Source of the DNA: a phage
NCBI GenBank assembly: GCA_024672315.1
Contig: GCA_024672315.1_4714.1
Strand: one strand, 5' to 3'
Length of the DNA: 64,000 bases
Shown here: in pieces, positions 48,201 through 55,465 of the stretch
How the letters are laid out: every line of letters starts with the position of its first letter
Position numbering within the stretch: position 1 is the first letter of the stretch
The notes under the pieces: model-generated
What the model was told of the DNA's origin: nothing
Databases searched by the model: none
What the model saw: the letters and a program-made list of their open reading frames with translations, nothing else
Made by a program: the position numbers and the translations under genes

Positions 48201-48883
48201 TTAACGGCGGTTTTAACGGATTACGCGATGTTGAACAACGTTCAGCTTATTGGATTCAGGCGGCTAAGAATGGCACCCTGAAGAGAATGATGGACGAGTT
48301 ATCAGGGTCAACATCAGACGATCAAGCTGAAGGACCGACCACTGCCGAACAGGTGAAGAACGAAGCAGCACAAGAGGCAAACGGAACACCTGCTGTAAGC
48401 AACGATCCGCAAGCCCCAGTATCTTCTACTACCCCTGAAGCTAAACCGTCTGCGGCTGCCGGGACGGCCCCAGCACCTGGAGAAGCATCACCAACGCCTG
48501 GAAGTTTCGAAACAGCAAAAGCCGCGGCAGGACAACCGACATCAACTCCAGCACCTAGCGATTTGCCGTCAAACCCGGGCGCAAATCGAGGGATATCGGT
48601 TCCGAATACGCCTGCACAGGTTGCGCAGTCTGCGACACAAACATCGGTTGCAAGTGAGAACTTCTACGGTAGCGCAGGTGAAATTCTCCGACAGCAGCTG
48701 ACCACGCAGCAGAACATCGAGAAGAACACCGGTAGAACGAATGAACTTATTTCGGAATTAATCCAAGCCGTTAAGGGTTCTTCTATCGGTAAGGGTTCTG
48801 CAGGTCCTTCTCAACAACAGACGATGTCGCTACCTAATCGTCCGCAAGGAATCTCTCCAACACGGACAAGGTACGCACAGTAG
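42218..48883 (+). CDS. Giant virion protein (2221 aa) with glycine-zipper membrane segment and C-terminal GH19-like muralytic domain
   Basis: Start re-assigned to ATG at 42218 (GGAGGTATAC RBS). Gly-rich hydrophobic segment at about 45900-46150; GH19/chitinase-like motifs ANIEHESGNY and YLGRGFIQVTGKANY at about 47760-48270; P/A/S/T-rich linker at 48290-48600. Size and domain order resemble the ~2237-aa phiKZ gp181 family. Confidence 0.8.
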   Translation: MVDKTRVEGDDNWDNWDEDFSLDLDFNEPKDDRKPITRFAIGAVKGAAEDLTSYERMKEIARNALPKGYSDGMDLIDSAVGSTKELYNEAVRDVLPKVQSSKRLAAQLTKKYRASMPDFSKKILEQWEREAKEEDERKHAEETLRQRMASAGDDEIARKVAEALGESANQNADQFAEQQAKESIRDDIADKRYAVTNKQMSAMQEGVAKMVGFNNEFAARYMRKSLELKYRSLAIQRASFDQHKKLAEVYIGLLQNIQKNTALPDAAKAKMSEEFRRSAYQRFFGNALDAMGSFENRFFADVKKNLATNALGALKGVVSGANDALYGLNEARDSMSMMDGMGSEGDIKEMQGKMLGQFIGSTVAPWMANKGRMALRDLAKRHPNAKFASALKAVDQGGEAAAYTTRNLGKLLQEDIRKNEFNLSDPFYKQLIRGAGRWAFNMDSGRNFRVMNDTAETLAEQTSFDGLTYRSINEVIPGFLARILKSSEGIRTGNSDPDYEVYDGISGQFVSQRTREQSVNDTLFNKRTFGYYASRFNEVISVIDPDKKLSEKARKALAKQLARDSDANIAFDPARFTDESNFDRSIDRDAIKELSTYFRDRYGIRDDINDKGERHQVIGNRGQYYTERNRADLRYGNLKSLQPDIQRNLNLLKRTGDVQYLERIGIVTRNSDGSYSVNHDRYFSEIDRYIDRPEYAERNDVNTRLTAQETRALALGYRDAKPSADDVQNAGLPHIGRKAVGTVTVDENIGYDKWWNDTGVITTSLEEQNRAWQELYLEALSEASEQRTEMLALLKAISEKDRSNNVSLDGEDVPEGTAPISFIDRAKQKLGARNPFKGGRNLLWKGIKNTARWGVKGARWGAERTLGSLVNSGRRIINFNRFVFGALSKVDQVPFDIYVKGESQPRILAAKLRQGLYFDEATGKAVKRMKDIKGPLVDADGNIVISNEDIEKGLVTRAGRAFENSGLKAWAREGLNGITTVLSLPRMLKRGAVEIYKQLDKTPDVYVKGESTPRLLSMVLAAGGYFRRSDGQVIKNLEDIDGDVVDAQGNVVLTLADMQKGLVDKYGKAIRRLKEKLINFGVKAFTLPLTLLRKTKDILKALPGKAVNGLRRMGLNFQSPDALLVGTTSSMVDRLDAIYQLLDQRMPGGDKDYRDWNGDGVREGSLEDLKRKREAKENGKDDTGKDSNKGEEKEKKRGLLGSLFDMLGDTALGKRLMASPLGKILGGLGAVLSGGASLTGLLGKGLISGTGALVKGGLSAAGWLGRGALMAGGAALNAVGGLSGLGAFLISPVGLAIAGGALAAYAGWKIYQHFAEKPDPMQKLRLIAYGAKGDDKDFNKKLLATETYLTDHVVMTGDTIGFDPKADSEKILEIWELSLEDSDRMNEWKRWYLHRFIPVFARAYKLWKEHMPDEKKYMEMDKYPNGENKVKWSEAFIWPSDSPDGPYYVEANPLGSSGATRYIAGQDVKTLMLKQLEAIKKEYQNQIKQYTHDEAIADWSRMSDTQRKSVAPNALRGQKASLRFNDKRYNSAGAKGRQKLDATAVIESVDRRGRKWVAGGYIDELTSLRVRAYGIKVPLLSQIKVLMELEDAVEPGVVAEGKGVKYGGDLVALYKKFATKFGRDVNSKRDQDIWFAWMNNRFLPVFLTYYQQVSDMGGQGLLSDVVQNLKDSQRWEIGEALVATQYRDEKGTLQPVWSWNSCGFSGTEANTTSSSTKSQLDLLKEYADKEKVREKNAEASQEDADKLSKIQELMMKQAGYEKKDGVWQKKSRITGGMSNAEANYNPNGNRVGASSFTASATSSAGLGSTGDLTGLPNMGLQKPAMGPGPEAGRRALVKSAVKRGITDPMEMAMFLANIEHESGNYTHVREGNYKTPERLKQVFPYKFRDVQDAAQTISMGPEAVFERVYGNRKDLGNTQKGDGAKYLGRGFIQVTGKANYARLSKTLNKDLVSDPTYLETPEGAAEGSVAWWLNRGNVLRDPAKRGDVRQVRYLVNGGFNGLRDVEQRSAYWIQAAKNGTLKRMMDELSGSTSDDQAEGPTTAEQVKNEAAQEANGTPAVSNDPQAPVSSTTPEAKPSAAAGTAPAPGEASPTPGSFETAKAAAGQPTSTPAPSDLPSNPGANRGISVPNTPAQVAQSATQTSVASENFYGSAGEILRQQLTTQQNIEKNTGRTNELISELIQAVKGSSIGKGSAGPSQQQTMSLPNRPQGISPTRTRYAQ

Positions 48884-48894
48884 TCATTAGTTAA

Positions 48895-48913
48895 GGGCGG
48901 GAGATTCCCGCCC
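48895..48913 (+). terminator. Short GC hairpin GGGCGGG-agatt-CCCGCCC after the giant gene
   Basis: Located 12 nt after the stop at 48883; a weak U-tract suggests attenuation rather than a strong terminator. Confidence 0.35.
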
Positions 48914-48932
48914 TCTTCTTGAGGAATGTTAC

Positions 48933-51074
48933 ATGGGTATTCTTGTTCAAAACGCCCTAATAACCAAACAAGCGTTTTTATTACCTGGCGATAGCAGCAC
49001 GCTTAGTGCTGACATGATTAAAGCGAGACATACACCGTATTCCTACGATAACGTCGATGATACCACCTTAGGTGGGAACTGGGTGCTTAACCCGCCACCG
49101 CAATATACCAAATTTGCCGACATCAAAGAACGCCGACGTGCGGTTATGCCGGGATCAACGGGCATGGGCCGAGGCTATAGTGAAAGCATTAACAGCTTTA
49201 AAGAAGTCGTTACCTTACGATTCGGTAAACCTCGCTTTACAGGCGCAAGTATCTTCTTTACCGATTTCTACGACGCCGATGTTGCCGTAACGGTTAAAAC
49301 CGGTCGCGATCCCGGTATTCTTTATTACGCAGCCAAAGCGTATACCACCGTTCTTTCTTACCTCACACCGCTACCTTACCTGTATATGGTTGGACGTATC
49401 GGTCGATATTTCCTGGGTAAGCCTACCAGTCAATATTACTATCAAGTACCAACCATGCACGTGTATTGGGCGTCTTTCCAGACGCTGGTAAACCAAACAG
49501 CGATAAACATGGGTCTTATCGCCGGTGCCGGTAAAGATAAAGGCTACGTGGAAGAAGGGGGTACCGTACTCCATCAATATTCAATCGGTGGTCAGAACGT
49601 TGAAGAATTCATCAACTACGCCTCTAAGACGCTACCGGGGATTTATAAGAAAGGTGGTGGGATCGATATCTACCAGATTGCAACACGTCGTCAGCGTATA
49701 CAAAACGCATGGGTACGTCGTATTCAATCCATGATGGAAAACGATTACTCGTCTTACGAGGAGTTCTGGAACGATCTTGATAAACGACTTGATAGCGGAG
49801 CATTTCCATCGGATGTAACCGGTCGTACGTTAACGCAGTATCTCGCCGACACACAGAAGTCTGCTGTTTACAGTGCGACAGCTGGTGATAATAAACAAAC
49901 GATGGACGACCTTTTATTCGGAAGGGCCTCATACACCAACAAGGATGCTGATGCTAACTTCAATGTCTCAGCGGCTACCTCCGACGGCGGTACGTCAACA
50001 CAGAGTCAGGGTACAACAGCCAATGTCGGTAATTCAACATCGGGGACAACGCAGGCTTCAACAGCAGCATCCACGGCTGGAGGCGCGAACGTACAGAGCA
50101 AAGGAATCGGACAAACGAATGCAGCCGAAGAAGCTACGTTTCTTGATCTGATGGACGCTGAATTGGCCGACGGTGCTCAGTTCATCAGTTTTCGAGTCGA
50201 TTCTGTCACCAGTGTAACCGAAACGTTTTCAAACAGTGCTTCAGAAAGTTCAATCGCACAGACGATGAACAGCCGTGCACAAGCGAACATCGAACGTCGT
50301 TTCACCCTCTCCGGCGGTAATACAGGTTGGGCTGTACTGGACGAAGCCATCAAAGCCGGTTCCGACCTCGTTAATGGCGCTATTTCCGGGATGGGTTTGG
50401 ATGGTATTTTTGGTGCCTTCATGGGTTCCGGCTTCGCTGACATTCCGAAATTCTATTCTGGGTCTTCGGTAAGTCTACCGCGTGCGGATCTGACGATGGA
50501 ATTGCGTTCCTGGAGTGGGGATCGTTGGTCGATCTTTACGAACCTCATGGTACCTCTTTTAGCGATCCTTGCAGGTGGTTTACCTCAGGCTACCGGTAAA
50601 TCGTCCTACGGGATGCCATTCATGTGTGAGTGTTATATTCCCGGTAAAGTCCAGATTAAAATGGGTCTTATCGATAACATCACTGTGACGCGTCATGTTG
50701 GGAACGTACCATCAACGCGTGAGCGATTACCGTTGGGTATCGATGTCAGCTTCAGTGTTTATGACCTGTCGTCCATCGTCGCCATGCCGATCACAACGAC
50801 AGCCGCATCGATCGCAAAACTGGATCCTCGTGGCTTCTTAAGTGATCTTCTTGCTGATGATACCCCACTCAACAACTATCTTGCTGTATTATCGGCATTG
50901 ACACTTACGGAACAAGTTTACATGATTCCTGATTTAAGTCGTCGTATGCATAAAACCATGGCCGATATCGATAGTTTCTGGAGCAAAGGTAATTTTGCTA
51001 GCTGGTTATCTGACACCATGCCAGGCAGGATAGCATCAGGGCTGTTATGGAAACGTACAGAACGACCGTTCTGA
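48933..51074 (+). CDS. Hypothetical protein, probable virion protein (713 aa)
   Basis: Long ORF immediately downstream of the giant gene; contains a Ser/Thr/Gly-rich low-complexity region. Confidence 0.7.
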   Translation: MGILVQNALITKQAFLLPGDSSTLSADMIKARHTPYSYDNVDDTTLGGNWVLNPPPQYTKFADIKERRRAVMPGSTGMGRGYSESINSFKEVVTLRFGKPRFTGASIFFTDFYDADVAVTVKTGRDPGILYYAAKAYTTVLSYLTPLPYLYMVGRIGRYFLGKPTSQYYYQVPTMHVYWASFQTLVNQTAINMGLIAGAGKDKGYVEEGGTVLHQYSIGGQNVEEFINYASKTLPGIYKKGGGIDIYQIATRRQRIQNAWVRRIQSMMENDYSSYEEFWNDLDKRLDSGAFPSDVTGRTLTQYLADTQKSAVYSATAGDNKQTMDDLLFGRASYTNKDADANFNVSAATSDGGTSTQSQGTTANVGNSTSGTTQASTAASTAGGANVQSKGIGQTNAAEEATFLDLMDAELADGAQFISFRVDSVTSVTETFSNSASESSIAQTMNSRAQANIERRFTLSGGNTGWAVLDEAIKAGSDLVNGAISGMGLDGIFGAFMGSGFADIPKFYSGSSVSLPRADLTMELRSWSGDRWSIFTNLMVPLLAILAGGLPQATGKSSYGMPFMCECYIPGKVQIKMGLIDNITVTRHVGNVPSTRERLPLGIDVSFSVYDLSSIVAMPITTTAASIAKLDPRGFLSDLLADDTPLNNYLAVLSALTLTEQVYMIPDLSRRMHKTMADIDSFWSKGNFASWLSDTMPGRIASGLLWKRTERPF

Positions 51075-51092
51075 TATTCACCGCATAAACCC

Positions 51093-51124
51093 CCCTCTCC
51101 CTTCCCTGATGGGTCGGGAGAGGG
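51093..51124. terminator. Perfect 9-bp hairpin CCCTCTCCC-TTCCCTGATGGGTC-GGGAGAGGG
   Basis: Between convergent genes; loop nearly identical to the hairpin at 63955-63986. Confidence 0.55.
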
Positions 51125-51130
51125 ATTATG

Positions 51131-52198
51131 TTAACCTAACGTCACTGTCGGTAAATCAGGATAAAGTTTCTTCAATCCCGCCATCGTGGTGGTAGTCGTA
51201 TAATTCTTACCCATCACAGCAAGAGATGCGTATTTCCTACTGCGGGAGAAAAGGGAATAAAACCCACTGGATGTTTCCATCCACATCGTGAGGAGTTCTG
51301 CATCCTTACCGTGATAGTTCGTTTTACCCCATCCGGGTTTAAACGCATCGGCAAAATCAATTAAACGCGAGGCTTCAGCGTCGTATTCTTTAAGGGTAAG
51401 GTACGATGGGATACGGTAGTTACGGAACAGTAACGTAATGAGTTCAGGGACAACGCTACGGGCACGTTCAGCCGTAATGAGTTCGGTGATAACAGCAGCT
51501 GTACGGAAATCGCCGTTAAGACCAACGCTGCTTAACGATTCCGCTAAAGTGGTCGCCATCGCCACTTTATCCTCCGCTGACCCAGAGTCATACAGACTAC
51601 GTACATCGATATAGTTGCCTGCTAATGCGGCTTGACGAATCAACGACGTGACAACCGTCCGGTTCGTCTTATAGTCGTTGTAGCTGAATTCGGTTCGCGT
51701 TTTCCCTTGATCCTCGAGATACCGATCAACAATCGTCGACAGTTTATAATACTCATCGCCAGACATCAGACTATCGAGAAGCTTAACATTTCCATCTTTA
51801 TCGATAAGCTTCCCTAACGCACCATTGGATTGCTGGTTAATGGTGCTGTAAATCTGGTCTTTTACTTGCGATAGGATGTTATCGGTTGACGATATATTCA
51901 GGCCAGTAACATCTTTGATCTTATTCATCAACGCGTTTTCATTCAGGGAGATTTTGCCTCCGCTGATATCGATGAAAGAATTAAGATCGCTTATGGAAAT
52001 CAGGTTTCCTGTTAACGCCGATAATGTACTATTGATACTGTTCGTAATACTGCTACGAAAACTGGTTAACGCATCCGCCGCTGAAACAGCGGTACCGCTA
52101 ACCGCTTTAAGGAGCGTATCACGCCCTGTCGAAAAATCGCTGGTGATGGTTTTGATCTTGGACGTATCTATACTCGGCAGTTTGTCGTAAAGACTCAT
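51131..52198 (-). CDS. Hypothetical protein (356 aa; start re-assigned to MSLYDK)
   Basis: ATG at 52198 preceded by CAGGAGGACGTG (strong RBS); the track start at 52249 lies inside the hairpin/TATGCCG element. Confidence 0.6.
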   Translation of the reverse strand: MSLYDKLPSIDTSKIKTITSDFSTGRDTLLKAVSGTAVSAADALTSFRSSITNSINSTLSALTGNLISISDLNSFIDISGGKISLNENALMNKIKDVTGLNISSTDNILSQVKDQIYSTINQQSNGALGKLIDKDGNVKLLDSLMSGDEYYKLSTIVDRYLEDQGKTRTEFSYNDYKTNRTVVTSLIRQAALAGNYIDVRSLYDSGSAEDKVAMATTLAESLSSVGLNGDFRTAAVITELITAERARSVVPELITLLFRNYRIPSYLTLKEYDAEASRLIDFADAFKPGWGKTNYHGKDAELLTMWMETSSGFYSLFSRSRKYASLAVMGKNYTTTTTMAGLKKLYPDLPTVTLG

Positions 52199-52227
52199 CA
52201 CGTCCTCCTGAAAAAGAAAAAAGAAAT

Positions 52228-52264
52228 ACGGCATAAAGCCTACCCACACAATGGTGGGTAGGCT
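52228..52264 (-). promoter_or_regulatory. Perfect 10-bp hairpin plus TTTATGCCGTATTTC element
   Basis: AGCCTACCCA-cacaa-TGGGTAGGCT followed on the coding strand by TTTATGCCGT, about 30 nt upstream of the ATG at 52198. Confidence 0.5.
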
Positions 52265-52280
52265 AAGATCAACATCGATG

Positions 52281-52793
52281 TTAAACTTCTTCGTTTTCTG
52301 AACCTAGTGATTCAGCATCTGGATCGTCAACAGGAATGGTTGCGTCAAAATACCGTTTCGTATGCGTGGTTGTATATCCTACGCTATCTGTGATGGAAAT
52401 CGTAAACGTGACTTCTCTTGCACGGATTAAGCGTAGTTTATTCATGAAGTTACGGAACGGCATCGATCCCCGATTCAACTCCTTAATGACGTTTCCCCGA
52501 ATACTGGAAATGTCTTTATTCGTTTTATCAGGATGTCGTTTCTTCACATCACGCATATGTCGGGTAATATACGAATTGAGCTGATTTGCGCCGATCCCTC
52601 TCTCCGTATAAATCTGCAACAGGAACTCCGTAAGGAAATCCTGTCTACCCGTAGGCGTCCAGAAATTGTTACCGTGATTGTAGTTAGTCGCTCGTCCTCG
52701 ATTGCTTTGAGGATTTTCATCATCGCTTTCGTCACGACGCTTAAGCGGATTAATGCGCGCGCGAAAAGAGACTTCATTATATTTATTTGTCAT
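52281..52793 (-). CDS. Hypothetical protein (start re-assigned to MTNKYNEV)
   Basis: The track start at 52838 is a TTG codon; the first ATG is at 52793 and overlaps the upstream stop. Confidence 0.5.
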   Translation of the reverse strand: MTNKYNEVSFRARINPLKRRDESDDENPQSNRGRATNYNHGNNFWTPTGRQDFLTEFLLQIYTERGIGANQLNSYITRHMRDVKKRHPDKTNKDISSIRGNVIKELNRGSMPFRNFMNKLRLIRAREVTFTISITDSVGYTTTHTKRYFDATIPVDDPDAESLGSENEEV

Positions 52794-53305
52794 AATACAC
52801 CAGTGTACTGACTGAGTGCGAAGGTTAGGAGTTCGCAACAGTCTCTCGCTAGTTTCCTTGTTTTGCGTAATCCATAAGCCGCATCCAAATCGTCACGTTC
52901 CGCCAGCGCGTCTAACCACGTCGCAAGTATGCGTCCATACTCGATAACGTCACGCATGAGAACGTCGAACTGGATAACACGACCATCGGCATCAGCAAGC
53001 CAACGATTGAATGTGATTTGTGGTGCTAGTATTGCATATGTTCTCTCCTCTAATGCTATTATGTTTATGTTGCCTTCGTTATCGAACGCTTGATGCCAAC
53101 GGCGAAGGTCAAGCATCAACGACTCAGCGTCCATATACCACAACGGTAAATACGTTTTACGTGCAACGCGTATATCGTAGATGTTGTGAACCCAGGACGT
53201 TGTTTTGTAAAGCAACAAGAGTTCGTTTAACCGTTGCCTATCATCTTGAAACGTCTTCCTTTTATAACGTTGGAACGCACGCCTCAAGAAAAAGCGATGT
53301 AACAT
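52790..53305 (-). CDS. Hypothetical protein (171 aa)
   Basis: ATG at 53305; first gene downstream of early-promoter-like motif copy 3. Confidence 0.6.
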   Translation of the reverse strand: MLHRFFLRRAFQRYKRKTFQDDRQRLNELLLLYKTTSWVHNIYDIRVARKTYLPLWYMDAESLMLDLRRWHQAFDNEGNINIIALEERTYAILAPQITFNRWLADADGRVIQFDVLMRDVIEYGRILATWLDALAERDDLDAAYGLRKTRKLARDCCELLTFALSQYTGVL

Positions 53306-53394
53306 GGCATCACCTATGTATCATTCTTGCAGGCATCAATGAAGCCATCACAAGAAGGTAACGTTATACGTCGCCTTCATGACTGTCATCATGA

Positions 53395-53426
53395 AGGTAA
53401 TATAGTCCTGTTATTTTTTTCAATAC
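53395..53426 (-). promoter_or_regulatory. Early-promoter-like motif copy 3 (minus-strand reading TATTGAAAAAAATAACAGGACTATATTACCTT)
   Basis: Near-identical to copies 1 and 2; about 95 nt upstream of the leftward gene start at 53305, in a divergent intergenic region. Confidence 0.5.
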
Positions 53427-53438
53427 GGAGAATGTAAA

Positions 53439-54068
53439 ATGAGCGAATATGGTGTTGCCCCCGTAGATGATGAACCGCAAGAAGCACCTGATAAATTCGA
53501 GGTCCGTCTTGACGAAACCCGTAATATCCGCCAACGATTTATTCAACGCCTTGAAATGCTGTTAGATAGCGAATTCAAAGAATTTGAGCATAACCCCGGT
53601 GCTGATAATAAAGCCATCGTTGACGTCGAAAACGTCGACCGCATAGGTAAGCTGTTATTGAAATCGTTGGGTGATAACGACAAAGTCGACTTAACGTTGA
53701 AACGTATCAGCGCCGACCAGGCCATGAACGACAGCGCATTGAAAACAGCACAGGCCCTAACCGAAACCATGCTGCGCCGCTTAGGTCAGATGGATCAACA
53801 TCCTCTCGCAGCAGGGGCTGTTTATGAAGGCGAAGTCGTGAAGCCAGTCACGCCTGAAGAACGTGATCGTCGACTTGGTTTTGCGTCATTGGAAGAGTTC
53901 GACAGCAAGGAGTTTTCACCAGGCGTTCTCATCCAGGGACGTGTCGAAGAAACCAGCGATGCTTTCTATGCTAGAATGGCTCAACTGACGGCGTCGGTTC
54001 GTGAGGAGGTATCTCAGAAGATGGCTGCAGATCATCAGTCTTCGGAGGCGTCACACGAGGAGGAATAA
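53439..54068 (+). CDS. Acidic hypothetical protein (209 aa)
   Basis: ATG preceded by GGAGAATGTAAA; the 3' end overlaps the convergent ORF 53971-54759. Confidence 0.6.
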   Translation: MSEYGVAPVDDEPQEAPDKFEVRLDETRNIRQRFIQRLEMLLDSEFKEFEHNPGADNKAIVDVENVDRIGKLLLKSLGDNDKVDLTLKRISADQAMNDSALKTAQALTETMLRRLGQMDQHPLAAGAVYEGEVVKPVTPEERDRRLGFASLEEFDSKEFSPGVLIQGRVEETSDAFYARMAQLTASVREEVSQKMAADHQSSEASHEEE

Positions 54069-54759
54069 AATAACTGAACCATTTTATTCCAAAGAACCGC
54101 ATGAACATCACAGGTGCGTTAGAAAGTTCGATTGCTTCGTAAAGTTTGTCATAAGCCAGATCGGAATCAGGGATGGTTTCGCTGATTCGTCTGGCTACAA
54201 CCAGTACGTTACAAATCGGATTGTCTTCTAACAGCATCTGATTGGGGAGGTGCCAGCGTTTGAAATCGTAAAAGAACATCGCGTTATACGTCTTACGGAT
54301 TTCTGACGGATGCAGTGTGGCCGGATGACGGTAAATAATCTCGACGCTATCTTGCGCACCGAGGTATTGCTGGATGCCTTCTTTTAACGCAATTGCAGCA
54401 TCTCCCACAAATTCAAACGGGTACGTATTCACATGAACCGAAAAATCCGGTGCAGCAATCCCTGTCAAGCGGTCTTTCATGTAATCCGCGACCACGTAAC
54501 ATAATCGCCACATCAACTCCGTCGGAATGCATTTATCGAGAATGGTTTCGTCGATATTTGCCATCGCGTCCTTAAACTCTTCGTAAGTGTAAGTAACACC
54601 CGCCTGCTTCTCCGGCTCCAGGTTATAGGGTCGGTAATGCCATTTCTTCCCCCACTTTCTGATAGCCTCAGGATCCAACGTTGTTGCTACCGCCATTTCG
54701 ATATCAAGCAGCGCCTCGAGTTCTACGTACACCGTCACTAACGCCGCATTTCCAGTCAT
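53971..54759 (-). CDS. Hypothetical protein (262 aa)
   Basis: ORF; the C-terminal ~30 codons are proline-rich and overlap the convergent + gene. Confidence 0.5.
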   Translation of the reverse strand: MTGNAALVTVYVELEALLDIEMAVATTLDPEAIRKWGKKWHYRPYNLEPEKQAGVTYTYEEFKDAMANIDETILDKCIPTELMWRLCYVVADYMKDRLTGIAAPDFSVHVNTYPFEFVGDAAIALKEGIQQYLGAQDSVEIIYRHPATLHPSEIRKTYNAMFFYDFKRWHLPNQMLLEDNPICNVLVVARRISETIPDSDLAYDKLYEAIELSNAPVMFMRFFGIKWFSYFIPPRVTPPKTDDLQPSSEIPPHEPTPSVEPF

Positions 54760-55463
54760 CGTTGCTCTCCAGCTTCACCGGTTAACATCTGCATATCGGG
54801 AGACATTTTAATTTTCTTCTCGTACTCTTTTGTTTGTTTGAATACCAATTCACCGATTTCTTCCAATTCTTCAACGGTAACGGTATGCAAATAAAGCAAT
54901 GGAATAAACCAGGTATTCGCACGAAGCATATCCCGAATATCATCAACGGTGGGTAATTCCGTAAAGAACTGTTCGTCTACCGCGAATAAATCCCGTGCGA
55001 TACCATCCACCAGTTTATGATTGCTTTCATGGATCCATGCAAAACTTCCAGCAAGATGATCGATAAGCATATCGATGTCCTCGTCCGTTGAGAACACTGT
55101 ACGGCGAACATGCGTTGTGAGGTCCATCGTAAAACCCATTAACGAAGGGGTTTCCTCAGAACGGAGTTCACGCCAAAGACGGAGCATGTTTTCAGGGATA
55201 AACAAATCGTGGATGAACGTCACACTGAATTTCGTAACCCAGTCACGAATTGTTGCACCTTTGGCATATTGTTGCGGTGGGGAATACAAATACACCCAAC
55301 GTTTTGTGTACGCGATAACTTCCTTTCGCATCACCGCATCTAAAACAAGCACGTAACGATCGGAAGCAAGCTCTTCTAATAAAAGCTCGAACGCATCATC
55401 ACTCTCTGGAGAGAACGATCGTTTTATTTCTGCGATACGTCGTGATAACCGACCACGTAACAT
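54756..55463 (-). CDS. Hypothetical protein (235 aa)
   Basis: ORF with ATGA stop/start overlap with the downstream gene. Confidence 0.6.
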   Translation of the reverse strand: MLRGRLSRRIAEIKRSFSPESDDAFELLLEELASDRYVLVLDAVMRKEVIAYTKRWVYLYSPPQQYAKGATIRDWVTKFSVTFIHDLFIPENMLRLWRELRSEETPSLMGFTMDLTTHVRRTVFSTDEDIDMLIDHLAGSFAWIHESNHKLVDGIARDLFAVDEQFFTELPTVDDIRDMLRANTWFIPLLYLHTVTVEELEEIGELVFKQTKEYEKKIKMSPDMQMLTGEAGEQR

Positions 55464-55465
55464 AA

